Positions 38,981 through 51,606 of a stretch of 64,000 nt of DNA are shown piece by piece (the stretch's first letter is position 1; each line of letters opens with the position of its first letter). The translations under genes and the position numbers were made by a program. The DNA is from Camelus ferus (lineage: Eukaryota): positions 113,834,001-113,898,000 of the forward strand of contig NC_045696.1 in NCBI RefSeq assembly GCF_009834535.1, read 5' to 3'. The notes below the pieces were generated by a model. That model saw only the letters and a list, made by a program, of their open reading frames with translations, had not been told where the DNA came from and searched no databases.

Positions 38981-41245
38981 CTAAGGCCCCCGCAAGCAGC
39001 AGCCCGTACGGCAGGCCAGAAGGGCCCAGTGACCACAGGTCACTGAGTGGCTGTGACCCAGCAGAGACCTGAACCCCGGTCTTCTGCATGCAGCGCTAGC
39101 AGTTCCAGAAGTGCCGCATCTCGTATCTCGGGCTTTCACACTGACTCCAACTGTGTGCCGAAGGCCTTCTGAGAGGCAGCTCAGTGGCTCAAAGTGCCCA
39201 CCTGTCACATCTACTCCAAATCATAAAATAACTCCACAAGTGTCATCCACCGGCTTGCCGCTGTCCTGCAAGGCCACAGACACGACAGCCAACTCAGTCA
39301 CTTAACCGCCGTGCTGGGACTCTTCATCTGGAAACTGGAGAAAGCACCTGACCCCCACCCAAACTCACAGGACTTGGAGCCAAGACCAAGGTGGGGGTGG
39401 GGGTGGGGGGGATCTTTTAGTTATTCAGAATAAAACTGTTTAGCACAAAGTGAATTTTATAGTTTTTATTTTCCAACATGTAAAACTAACACAATTATTT
39501 GATTCATTATATAAAAAATATGCTGAGACAAGGGGGCTTCGTTCTAATCTGTGGTTTTCACAGCTCACAAAAGTTCTGAGGAACATGGAATGGAGAGGAA
39601 TGGAGACAGGTACAGTAGCTCTCAACACTACAGCCACGGACCTTCTCCAGAAGCTTCCCTGACAACCTAAGGTGGCCCAAGGCACGAGTAATTTGCTCAC
39701 ATGCTGAGTGTGCATGGCAGACCTCAGAGCAGTAGAAAGGTAACTGCAGAGGGCCTGAAGGTGTTGACAGCGCTCCCCTGCTGTCAAACAGCATTTGCTT
39801 TTTTTCTCTCCTATTTTGGTTAATTTAATTGTGGCTTCATAATTGTGTCTGCATTTGTCAAAAGGTTATGGTTCTTTTACATCTCACTTATTTTCTCATG
39901 ATTAGAGAGGGTGGAAGAAAACGAAAATCAGTCAGTTAAGCAGACAGTTGAACTAATTTGGGGTGTTATTCAACTGTACATATGAGTTACAAGTTTTGCT
40001 CTTAGTATTTCTTAGTCTCTCTGAACTATATCTGCCTTGTCAATGAGCAGAATGCTAGTGAAAGAAAAAAATTCACTTTGTTCTATTGGCTCCAAGGTCA
40101 CTGAAGGATGAAAAACAAATTTCCAGCACCACACGCTGAGGAGCGCAGGATGGCCCTTCTGGAACATCCCGTGGGTAGATTTGCTTATTTAAAAAACAAA
40201 AAAGCATTTGGCAGGCTTTGGAAACATAACAGCAGTCAATAACGGGGTGAGCCCAGAAGATGGGTGTTTCGTTTCAGTGTGTGTGGCCCCGCAATTAAGG
40301 TAGAACATGGAATCCAAAGAGAGATCTAGTTCAAACTTCTATTTACAAAAAAATGAGATGGAATCTGAATTATTCAATTAGAATGTACATAAAAATAAAG
40401 GCAACTCATGATGATCTTACTTTTTGATTTGCTGATACTTCCTTTCCTTGTCTGGTAGACACAAAAGCCTTTTCATATTGGCATTTAGGTTAGGCACTGA
40501 GAGGTAAGGAACATAGTTGAATTGCTTAATGTCAGCTCTGTTGGTGGTTCTGTTCCATCTACTTATTCTGCAGGCTGGGAAGCCTTTCGAAACCCACATT
40601 TTCAGGTCTTTTCCCAGAAAGAGAGAGAGCAAAGCGTGCAGAAAGCTGTTCTTGGCAGGGCCAGGCCTGCCTATGGCAGAGAGATAGGGCAATCCCAGTG
40701 AGTTCTTGGATTTCTTTGGAATCCAGTCCCCATACTTGGGCTCAATGACTTCTGAGAATCTCTGACAGACCCATAAAGGAGCAAAGCACACTGCAAAATG
40801 TAAGCCAGGCAGACAAAAGAATGTTTCTAACTTCTGCGCAATGCTGAGAATTTGAGATCGGCTGCAGCTAGATTAGGAAATACACTACAGCTTAAAGAGA
40901 GGTTGTGTTTTATGCTGTTTAAAAAGCCTGGCATCTTAAGGCTCTCACAGAGTTCAAATACAGCTTTAAAAGAGATCTTTTTCTAGATGTATTTACACAG
41001 CATTATTTCTCAGGTAAGCACAACCACGCATCACCTGTGCATGAAAGAGAGCTGTTGGATGATCCTGGGGGCAGGCTGGGGCGTGGTCCATGCTCTCTGC
41101 TTTACGAGGTGACAGTCTTCCTTGTGTTGTGTGTAGGTGAAGCCACGGGGAAGAATGCTCACTCCTATCACATCTGCTAGAGCCCTCTAGCCTACAACTC
41201 TGTTCTTTTACGCTTTCTGGGAATTTATTCCCTAATTCCTATCTT

Positions 41246-41390
41246 TTCATTTTTAAAAAAAATTTTTTTGGGGGGGTTAATTACATTTATTTATTTATTT
41301 ACTTTTATTCAGTTTTTTTTTTTCTTTTTAATGGAGGCACTGGGGATTTAACCCAGGACCTTAAGTGTGCTAAGCAGGCGCTCTACCACC
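41246..41390 (-). mobile_element. 5'-truncated Vic-type SINE
   Basis: tggaggcactggggatttaacccaggacc...gctaagcaggcgctctacca; TSD ccctaatt(c/t)ct(a/g)tctt (41230-41245 / 41389-41404). Confidence 0.88.
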
Positions 41391-42331
41391 CTAATTTCTG
41401 TCTTGAAAGCTCTTTGAGACTAAAGAAGAAACAAGGTAGTATATGAAACTTCAGTCAGGTTTCAGATGGAAAGCACTCAGATACGAGATGCCTTTAAAGG
41501 TCTAAGCTTTAAAAAAAGGGACTCTGTTCATGGGTAGCACCATTTATCTACTGTTTTTCAAAGCTCTTTGTTCTTCTAAAATAATATGTTCTTTCTAATC
41601 ATCTGTATAAATTAACAACTAATGCATATACAGTATGAAAGAGGTAAATTATTATATTTAAGTATTAAAAATTTTTTAAAACTCAAAGTATTAAAATCAA
41701 TCAAGTTTAAGAGCGGGTAATGAGCATCTAAAAAATTCATCTGCTTATAAAAAATCCAAATTTGAACAAAACAGAGGAAAGTAAAATACTCTCTTCTTCT
41801 TCCCTTTAGGTTCTGTTAGCCTATGGTCCTAACAAGTACCTGAACTCAGCAGAACTTAGCATCACAGTTTTACACAATTTGCAATTATTTCAGAAAGTCT
41901 GCCTCCCTACTATGCGACTAAAGGGCACAAACTGTACTGTGAGGCTAGTTCACAGCAGTCCTCCGAGCTATTTGCTTCAGTCATTTATCTTCTTTGGGAG
42001 TAACTCTGTATAAACTCAGGTAGAGGTTCCTCAGGGAATTAACAACATCTTAACACTTAAGAGGTGCTTCCTGGGCCAATGTGCAAACACATCCTGGAAA
42101 GAAAGCTATAACGTTTTGCCCTGGAGGAAAGCTCTGTTGGTTGCAGACAATTAGTAAAATTTATAACTAAAATTTTATTTATTATTTGATTTATAAAGTG
42201 TTTACATGCAATATTTTGATTTATGTTTCATTAGGACCTTCAATCATTCCTCTTCCAGATTCAGAAAGGTATATAGTAATTTTTTAAATCCCCAAACTAC
42301 CAGTTCTAGTCATCTAATTTTTGTGCCATTT

Positions 42332-42572
42332 TAAAATTTTTATTTATTTTTTCTTCCAGTTTCTTTGAGATATAATTGACACAGAGCACTGTATAAGTTT
42401 AAGGTATACAGCATATTGTCTGGACTTACACCATCATGAAAGGAGTATCACAATAAGTTTAGTGAACATCCACATCACTCGTGGATATAAAATTAAAGGA
42501 ATAAAAGAATTATTTTTCCTTGTGATGAGAGTTTTGAGGATTTACTCTCTTAATAACTTTTGAATATAACGT
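42332..42572 (-). mobile_element. L1MA-like 3' end
   Basis: tgagatataattgaca...gtataagtttaaggtatacagc...aggatttactctctta. Confidence 0.75.
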
Positions 42573-42750
42573 ATTTGTTGTACTATTTTTAAATGAGAAG
42601 TGAATATGTAGAAAGAGAAAGTATGCTAAGACTTTAATCTTGGTTTTCTTTTGTTAATACATTAAATATTTATTCTGTTGAACTTTCTTTAAACCATACT
42701 CATACCAACCCTCTCTTTAAAAATAGGTTAAAGATATAAGATATCTTTAG

Positions 42751-42900
42751 TGGGGAGGGTATAGTTCAAGTGGTAGAGTGTGTGCTTAGCATGCATGAGG
42801 TCCTGGGTTTAATTCCCAGTACCTCTACTACAAAATTATAATAACAATTAAATAAACCTAATTACCCCCCCAAAATTTAAAAAACAAAAAATAAAATTTA
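42751..42900 (+). mobile_element. Vic-type tRNA-Ala SINE
   Basis: ggggagggtatagttcaagtggtagagtgtgtgcttagcatgcatgaggtcctggg...cctaattaccccccc plus A-tail. Confidence 0.92.
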
Positions 42901-44839
42901 AAAGATATAAAGTATTTTCTTTTGCTCACCATTGATAGCAGAAACAAGTTAGAGCTTGAGAACATATTGTTTCCAATAGAAATGGATGAATTTAAAGTCT
43001 CTGTTCATTTTAACAAAAAAAATTCACTATTTTTAATAGCATGAAGAAAATACCACAACCAGGTTGATTTAACCAACACACTTAATTAAAATGTACTCAC
43101 CAAACTAGGATATTCTACCAAACGCAGCACTTAGCAGTTACACGAAAGCAGATTCAAACTCAGATACCGAAGTCTTACGTATACTTCAGCTACTTTCCCA
43201 ATGCAAAATGTCACCCTCAAACCTTCTCTATCATTTACTTTGTTATTTTTTCTAAGTATGATTTTTTTTTATGGGACATATGCTCTAATTAGTACAAGGG
43301 CACTTACGGAAAAAACAGGATGGAAGACCAGAAAGTTGGCTTACTCTGGGAAATCCAGGACATATAGTTGCTATTTGAGCAAAGGGGTGTGCTGCGCTGT
43401 GGAGAACGGAACCCAATGGCATAAAAAGAACTTGTCCATCTTAAGCTCTGCTGTATCATAGGCATTTGAGAAGAAATCATGGTCTTTCAAGATTTTCTAC
43501 CTTCTTACTGGTCTTACCAGATCTCTTGCTGTACACTGTCCTTTAAAAAGTGAGAGCATTGAGTGTCATTTTCCCATCAGAGACAAAGCCTCACTTCTCC
43601 TTTGCCCAGCACAGAACTACATAGGAGTGAGCCAACCAACCTTAGGTAACATGAATCACCTAGCCTGGTAAGGATGATAATTATGTCAAGTTAGGATGTC
43701 ATTCTAAGTCAACAATTTTAACCTAAATTTTCATTGGTCAGTGTGTACTAGAATTTAAAATTTCCTTAATTCGCAAACATGACCTTTGCCCCGAACTTCC
43801 TACATTTTCACAAAAATTTTAATAGAGATTTAACAATCTACATCCTAAGCAGGAAAGCTCCATCCTTCAAATCCAAATAATTTGCAAAAGTCAACAGAGG
43901 ATTGCCAATTGGTTCACAAGTGTGTACAGAAAAGGAATGATCCCAGAAGAGTTGCACCTGTTTATGATTCAAATTCCCTTAAAGCATTTACATTGTCTCT
44001 CTTGCTGACGAGTAAATGCATGACCTTAAGTCCATGCAGTAGCTAGATCATGCTGTTGAATGTGTTAATCTGCCAATGGGCATATAAATATTCATCAAAT
44101 GAGCAGATGAACCAATATATTCCATCTGAAACAATTTCTGAGCTATTCAAAAAACTCCATCTTTTTTCTTCCCTATTTTCAGCCGAAGAAATACTTTCCA
44201 AAGCTCATTAAAAATATCTCAAAGAAATGTTGAAATTTCACTGGCAACCTTTCCCATATTTAAATGTTAACAATCAAAGATCTACACTTTAATGTACAGG
44301 AAGAATAGCATTAACAGACATATAGTTAATGGACTAAACTTCAATCAAAAAAAAAAAAGAAGAAAACACAAACATATGGTAAAACAAAACACTGACAGAC
44401 AAATGGTAAAATAACACTGTAGTAATAAAATGATATGCCGCAAATTACCTTAAGTTTCTTAAAAATTTTGTCTCATAAAAACTTTGTCTTTAGGAGAAAA
44501 CCTACCACATCCATTTCCCCTACCCTTTAGGTATTGCGCTCTTCATTTTTTTTTTTTTTTCATTCCTAGTCACTATCTTAATGAGGCATACATCAATTTT
44601 TTAAAACCCCACTAACAGAGACATTTCCTGTCAAGATTCTTCACTCATAAAGATAATGAACCACTGTAGAGAAATAAAGTCTGAATCACTGTAACAGAAA
44701 TAAAACATACTTCTATATTTTTCAAGTTGTAAAAGTAATTTATTACTGGGGTATTACTTTATTTTAGATTTCTTACAGTGGAAAGTTTGTCTTGCCACAC
44801 TGATGGCAGAGAGAACAAATCTTATACTGCCTAATCAAG

Positions 44840-45040
44840 ACCCATAATGGTGACTCAAGGCTCTGACTTACTTGGTTCAAATTGTGGTTCTGCTGTGGAC
44901 CAGCTAAGTAACCCTGGCTGAATCACTTTGTATTCCAGGCTTTAGCTTCCTCATCTGTAAGATCATGACAATATTATCTCTGAGGGATGGTCTGAAGTTG
45001 CCATGTTGAGATACCTAGGTAAGTGCTACCCACTGCTGAT
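44840..45040 (+). mobile_element. MIR
   Basis: ggttcaaattgtggttctgc...ctttagcttcctcatctgtaagat. Confidence 0.65.
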
Positions 45041-45139
45041 CTGATGATTCTTATTTTAGATGCATACCCAGCATCCAATAAATGCACATTGATGAATATA
45101 AACAGATAGCATGACAAAATTTGACGTAAGTAATACTTT

Positions 45140-45245
45140 AAAATAAACTTGAAACACTTTAGAATAGTTTTAGATTTATAGAAAAATAGCACAGATAGTA
45201 CAGAGAGTTCCCATATATCTCACACACAACTTCCTAACATCTTAT
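45140..45245 (-). mobile_element. L1MC-like 3' end fragment
   Basis: tagaatagttttagatttatagaaaaatagcacagatagtacagagagttccc. Confidence 0.6.
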
Positions 45246-45840
45246 GATGCAAGTGATCTTTAATGATAGCCCGACAGTGGAAGGACATCTACTCCAGCAG
45301 TTAAAACTACAAATTTAATTAATCTGTAATTTCAGTAACCCACCTATCAGAACCAAATTTTGAAACTGGTAAGTACCATATTAGTAAATGCTAAATTTAA
45401 TGTTTAGGTAATAGCATTGCACATACTGTACTAATGTAAGATATTTTACAGTCTCATTTAAAAAGGAATAATAAAATGGGAAAGTTATTTTAATGTGTGT
45501 AATTACTTCTACATATATATTGAAGTTGCAAATTAAAATGTGCAAAGAAGAAAATAAAGCTGGGTTACTTAAATAGATATATTATATGTTTAAGCTTGAA
45601 TAAATTTTCTTAATATCATAAAGTAATTAAAACTACATAAGGGCAATATGGGAGAATAAATTTTCAAAAGAGAATTTTTAACTTAAGGATTTTCCTACTA
45701 TTAGAGAATCATATTTAGAATGATGAATATAATTATACAAGGCAAAAATTTCTGGGTTATGAAATAGAGGTGGAGGGGTATATCTATGGAAATGTTCAGA
45801 GGGGCTAAACAGCTCAGGCACACGGCAGTAAACACAGGCA

Positions 45841-46043
45841 TTCACTGTCCAACACAGCAGCCCCCAGTCATACGTGGAGAATTAAATTTAAATTAATTAA
45901 AATTAAATGAAATTAAAAACTAAATTCCTCAGCTGTACTACATTTCAAATACTCGAGAGCCACATGTGGTTAGTGGTTACTGTATGGAAAGGTGCAGATT
46001 AGAACATTTCCATCACTGCAGAAAGTTCTATTGGACAGAACTG
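45841..46043 (-). mobile_element. MER3 (hAT-Charlie MITE)
   Basis: cactgtccaa...agaacatttccatcactgcagaaagttctattggacag; opposite orientation to the 6347 copy. Confidence 0.85.
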
Positions 46044-48354
46044 CTCCAGACAGCAACAGTTTGCTTTCAGTAATCACACTGAACCTGAGTCTTAACCTCC
46101 TATCCAGCAATTTCTATTAAACTTGTTAAAAAAAAAAAAAAAAGAAAAAAAGAAAGGGATAAAAAGGAGTCCTTTTCTGGAACGTTTTGGAGGATGAAAA
46201 GGAAGAGGGTCTGGCCAATTTTCCCATCAGATAAATGGCTACTGAGAAATGGGGAACTTGCCGAGGGCCTCAGAGCTGTCACTGTACTCACGTGGCGGGG
46301 GCGGGGGCCAGCGGCCAGGAGAACTCCTCTTCAGGGGGACATTTCCTCACTAGGGGAATGGTGGGATTGGTGGGCCCTTCCCCGTTACGGGGCTGGGGTT
46401 CCTGCCAGTGAAAAACGGGAAATTCCATTGTTAGCCAGCTTTGTGTCTTTCCCTCTCTGAGATACTACAAATGCTGCTTACTGGATTAGCCAGTGAATTC
46501 AAAACAGGGTAATATGGGATCAACTCTAAGAGCTGATTAACCACGAACTGTGATGATCCGCCTGTCCCTCAGTCTCCCAGGAAAAATAACCCGCAGCGTT
46601 ACTGGACCTGTTCAACCTTAGACCCAGTTACATACCGAAAAGATCTGATGGGAATAGGATATGGTTTTCCCAATCAAGGTAAAAAATAAAGATAATTGTT
46701 TTTCAATTATAAATAATGGGCAGTGGTGGAAAGAAAATATAATCAGCTGTAACAAAACCCTCACAAAATCCCACAGCTCCTCATTCTCACCCCATCCAAA
46801 CTCTGAAAATGAGAGTTAAAAACGAGAAGCAATGTTGGGATTCCACCCACTTACTTCTCCTGATCATTCTGTGCTTGGCTAGTAACTAATGGTGATGGAA
46901 TGGCCAAAAGGAACAAGGATCTGTTGTTATTTTGCCTGACATATTTTAGGGAATCCATGTAGGCAGTTTGTTGATACCTAATGACGTGGCTAACAATAAA
47001 AGTCCCCCGTGAATGCCTTCAGTCACAGAACGTTTTCTCCTGGTACCAAATGTGAGCATCTTCATGGTTTGGGCTGCAACGTGCACACTTACGGTGGAAT
47101 ATTTCTACTGATGTTCTGAAACTCTGTACTGGCTCCCCTAAATTCCTCCAGTTTAAACTCTTTTTGCCAGAGTATTTTACAATGGCATACATTGGGGCAG
47201 TAAGGTAAGAGGCCCAATTTACTAGGACACTACGATTCCTCTAGCTAATGGATCACATCCCATTTCTAAATAGCACTGGGAAGATTATAAGTTTGTGTGA
47301 ACCCTGGGATGCAGGAAAAAGTAAACAGGAGCTGTGCCCTGAACGACATATTTTTCCCCACCAGGTACCACAGATCCTGGTTCTGCCTGATTTCCTTCTT
47401 AATCTCCTGAGTTGCAGCTTTTGCCTCTAATCTCTCATAATTACCTGTACTCCCAGACAGCAGTTTGGGGTCAGATTATAACAAACTGCACTGCTCTGTC
47501 TGCACTACAGTAAGAATGGGAGATGGGAAAGGAATCACAGGCAAGAAAAGATATTCCACATAAAATGAGATGACCTATCTGAATGTAATGATAAACCTAA
47601 AAGTATAAATTATAAATCTTCCAATTCATAATAGAAGTGCATTTCAGACACTTAGAAGGGACCCAGAATCCAAGTACTGAACGAATGTAAGTTTGAATGT
47701 TTCCCACAACAGGAACTAACATTCTTCTTGATTACTTCTTATCAGTATCCTTACGGCAGGCTGTGCATACAAAGTATTAATTTTGTAGAATATTCCTAAT
47801 TATATTCAAAATTGTAACTGTAGTGGGTAAATTAGGTTTAGCTGCTGGGGCAAAGTAAGGCTGTAAAAATTAAAAATTTAGACACAATCAGTGTGAAAAG
47901 GAGTTCCAGAGTATATGGGCAAACAAAAATGCATAAATATAAAGACCTATATCAACCATCAAAGGCTGGCCTTTCAGGAGCTGAGCAACGTTCCTAGGAG
48001 GGGGACTGGAATGCTTCATAGTTAGAGCCTCATTCTGAAAAGATTATGAGGTCACTGACCTGGACAGTCTCAATCAGAATTAAAATTCTGCTAGTCTTCC
48101 TGTCTACCCAGAAACACCCTGATATGCCCAGATAAAACTTTTACACAATAGGCTTATCCATTAGAAAAAACTACCTTAAAGAGAATGATTTTTAAAAATA
48201 GAAACATATTGTTTTGAATGATACTCATATTGCTATGCAAAGTTTTCCTATAACCTTTCTTCCAAGTCAGAGCATTCAAAAACAGGACAGCAAGGCCTAA
48301 AACTACCTGTGATATTCTGTTCCAGACTCTGAGATAAAATTGTTCTTTATAAGA

Positions 48355-48449
48355 AGGAGGTAGTATAGCTCAGTGGTAGAGCGCATGGGTAGCAAGCACA
48401 AGGTCCTGGTTCAATCCCCAGTACGTCCATTAAAAAATAAAATAAAAAA
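48355..48449 (+). mobile_element. Vic-type SINE (short form)
   Basis: gtatagctcagtggtagagcgc...ggttcaatccccagtacgtcca plus A-tail. Confidence 0.88.
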
Positions 48450-48480
48450 TGAAAAATTGGCAGAAAAAAGACTATCCTTA

Positions 48481-48568
48481 GGGAGGGGAGGGTACAGCTC
48501 AGCGGTAGAGTGCGTGCTTAGCATGCACAAGGTCCTGGGTTCAATCCCCAGTAACTCCATTAAAAAAA
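48481..48568 (+). mobile_element. Vic-type SINE (short form)
   Basis: ggggagggtacagctcagcggtagagtgcgtgcttagcatgcacaaggtcctgggttcaatcccc plus A-tail. Confidence 0.9.
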
Positions 48569-49291
48569 CATATTCTTTGTAGAACTTAGGCTGGCAGAAG
48601 CTGCCACCCACAGCACAGCTGATTCCCCCTCCCAAAGACAGCTGGCGGATATCCTCACACCTCCCATCCAGCCACAAGGCTGGCCCCTCTCTAATTTACA
48701 TAAAATGACCATATATGTTAACGGGGGCCCTCAAGACCACTGTGTATAATGCCGTATCTCACAGATTGGAAAATGATGATAAACTATTACTTTATGAATC
48801 ACTAAGAAATTTTAAAAAATTGCCAAATTAAACTACAACTAAGTGATTTCTTAGCACATGAAAATTATGCCATTGAATGGGCTCTCACGATAAGTATAAC
48901 GTGATAGAGGATAATCTTTTTATTTGTGCTCAAGAATGATATTATGTGAACAAAAAATGCCTGATTAATACTAGAAATTCTTTACATTCAGATTCCAAAT
49001 CTTCTGTATCACTTTCAGCTCAGGGATGACTGTTCTACCATCAACCCTAGTCGTTTTGGGTCAGCAAGAGCGTGGCTGATGCAGTGTACGTCGAGCGCAG
49101 CTCCACTCCTGCCCCGGGAATTTCTGTCCAAGTTGCTGACGCTCTTTTTACAAGGTATATATTTGTTTGTTTGTTTGCTTATGAATGCACAGGCAATAAC
49201 AGCTAATTCACAACAGCTGCCTGGCCAAAAACAATTGCTATCAGAAATGTTAAGGTATAGAGGCAAAAGAGCTTCTTAGAATTGCTGAGAC

Positions 49292-49418
49292 AGGGGGAAA
49301 ATACAGCTCAAGTGGTAAAGCGCAGGCTTTAGCATGCACCAGGTCCTGGGTTCAGTCCCCGGTATCTCCACTAAAGAAAAAAATATATATATAAATCTAA
49401 TTACCTGTCCCCCAGAAC
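49292..49418 (+). mobile_element. Vic-type SINE
   Basis: tacagctcaagtggtaaagcgc...ggtcctgggttcagtcccc...ctaattacc. Confidence 0.85.
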
Positions 49419-49729
49419 AACCGGGCTCCTGACGCCAGGGTAAAACACTCCTTCGCTTTCTCTCACCCACCGAATAATCCACTCACTCCTCAGTTACTAA
49501 TCTCTTGATGTGTGAGGCTCGTACTAAGCTAGGGGCACAGCAGAGCACAAAGCGGGTAACAACGTTGCCCTCTGCGAACTTCAGAAGAGACTGGCATTCA
49601 TTTAAAATCAAGGAGAATTAATATATGATTGATCTGCCCTCACTAGGGAGGTCAGACGATACCCAAGGGAAGAGGGGAGGCAAACATACCAGACAAAGGA
49701 GCACGTGTGAGACGGAACAGAGCGAAGAA

Positions 49730-51250
49730 TTTTTTGCGTGGATAACTGTGCCCTAGGAAAAAGAACTCCAGACTTTTTGAGGACTATTACATCAGAGCTC
49801 CAAACTACACCAATACTGGGGAATCTTAAATACCATATGTCCCTCCAGTTAGTGTGGGGGCTCATGGAGGCCAAGTAATTACTGAAGTGTTGGCCCTGGT
49901 CCAATGGATGTACAGACAGACCCACCTTGGGGTTTACCTGACTTCAAGTGTGTAATTGGGAGACCCTCTGACTGGTTCTCTGACATGAGGGATAAGTGCC
50001 ATTTTGGTAAGAAGGGCTGAGTATAAGCCTCTCAAATGTTTCCCCACAAGTCTGTCCCCACTCAAGACAGGAAATCAAAAGCATTTGCATTGACCGGGAA
50101 GGACCGCAGAGATGGGTAACACCATCAAAGAGTTAAAGACGCAGGAGCGGTCCCCTGTTATAACCCCCCTTTCTATACTCAGAGCGACCCTGCAGGAAAA
50201 ATACAGATGGACCTTTGTAAGCCCCAACTGGCGGAAGTCCCCACAGTAGCTGTCCTGCTAGACAGGATGTTGAACAGCTTCTGGCGTCTGGTACCCAGCT
50301 GCTTATATGTGAACGCAGCAATTACCTTCTTCCACCTGGTTGAGATGGGCTACCCCCTGGCTCCGAGCAATGTGAACCCTCCTGATGTCCCTCAAAACAC
50401 AGTCTGTGGGGAGCTGGATCACCATTTCAGCAGACGACTCTGGTCCGCTGTGCCGATGACGGCACATTAACCAGAGCAGGAAATGGAGAGCACCCTAGCT
50501 GGCCAATGAGACAGACACCAGGAGCCGCACACACTAAGAGATACAGCACACTGCTGCTGCTCTCAGGGAGTCGAGGGCTCTGGGACACGCTGAGAATGTC
50601 CTCTCTGAGGCAGAGAACAAGTTGTTTCTTCCAACATCCGCAGTTAAGAAAAAGGTGGGCCTCTTTGGATTCTGGAGCAGGCATATTCCATGCTTCGTAG
50701 TAGCGCTTTGGCCCATGTATCAGAGACTTGGTGGTTGCCAGTTTCAAGGGTGATCCAGAACAGATATAAAAGACTTCTGTGGCACGTCCAGGCTATGGTG
50801 CGTCTGGGGCCAGCGGACCTGAGGGTGCGAGACCCACCTGCGATGGCGAAGGCGCTGTGGAGTCTCTGGTCAGCGCCAGAAGAGAGCTCACATTGCAGAC
50901 CCCTGAGGTTCTGCGGCAGAGAACAACTATCCATCAAAAAAACCCCAAAAAACAAAAAACAGCCCCTAGTCTGTTACAGGGCTCAACGGCATCTGCACAT
51001 CCAACCACGGTCAACAAGTGACCCTGGGACTGAAGTACTAAGACATGAAGTTAGATGGGCAAAAAAACAAGCCACTATGGCTTATTTGGGACGAGGCTCG
51101 AATACGTCCAGAAGGCACGAGTGAATTACATTTATAGGCAGCCCAGCCTTCCAGATGGTGAGGATGGTTTCTCCCCTTCTTGATCAACTGACAGAGAAAA
51201 AGGGAATTCAGATGTAGCCCCAGGTGAACTGCTGCTACTCGGCGTCTGAG
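49730..51250 (+). mobile_element. Degenerate ERVL (class III ERV) internal pro-pol fragment: protease, RT, start of RNase H
   Basis: Frameshifted and stopped translations match ERVL Pol as I recall it: QTF*GLLHQSS (~QTFRGLLDTGS), PPVSVGAHGGQVITEVLALV at 49842 (~PPVRVGAYGGQVINGVLAQV), TLVRCADD at 50437-50460 (~TLVHYIDD), VGLFGFWSRHIP at 50655-50690, ALWSLWSAPEESSHCRPLRF (~AVWSLWQAPIGESQRRPLGF), and DQLTE at ~51182. Confidence 0.9.
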
Positions 51251-51254
51251 CTGA

Positions 51255-51606
51255 CGTGTCGGACCCCCGCTTTCACATCGCCCCACCAACTACTGAGGGT
51301 GGGGAGGAGGAAATACATTGTAGGGGGATCTTTGACCAGTGGGAGACAGGAACTAGCGGCAAAATTCTTCCTCCTTCCTTCTCTCACCATACACGGTCTT
51401 GGGACACAGTCGTTTCTGTCTCGAGTACAATCTCACAGGACTGGGCGGTGGGAGAGAATTCAACAGTTCGCCCACGCGCTGGCTCCCCTCCTACCAAACC
51501 ACCTCCTCCTGTCGCTCTGCTTCCTGTGACTCTGTCCCCCTGTGAAGTAATGCACACAGCCTGCTGCTTCAGGCTCTTTTTTTTCTGGGGTACCGAAGCT
51601 AAGACA
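51255..51606 (+). mobile_element. ERVL 3' LTR remnant (LTR16/LTR33-like)
   Basis: Directly follows the ERVL pol fragment. It ends cttcaggctc...ttctggggtaccgaagctaagaca, resembling the LTR16/LTR33 terminus (ctcaggctctgcttt...gggaacccaaactaagaca). The 5' boundary is uncertain. Confidence 0.6.

Noticed and set aside
40417..40791. 124-aa minus-strand ORF preceded by ttacattttgcag
   Set aside because: Non-ATG start, no recognisable homology and no convincing donor; compatible with chance.
46550..46650. C/D-box snoRNA candidate (gtgatga...ctga)
   Set aside because: No proper terminal stem and no recognisable rRNA/snRNA guide.
50207..51124. ORFs as a domesticated retroviral pol gene
   Set aside because: Multiple stops, frameshifts and deletions; the protease DTG and RT YxDD motifs are destroyed.
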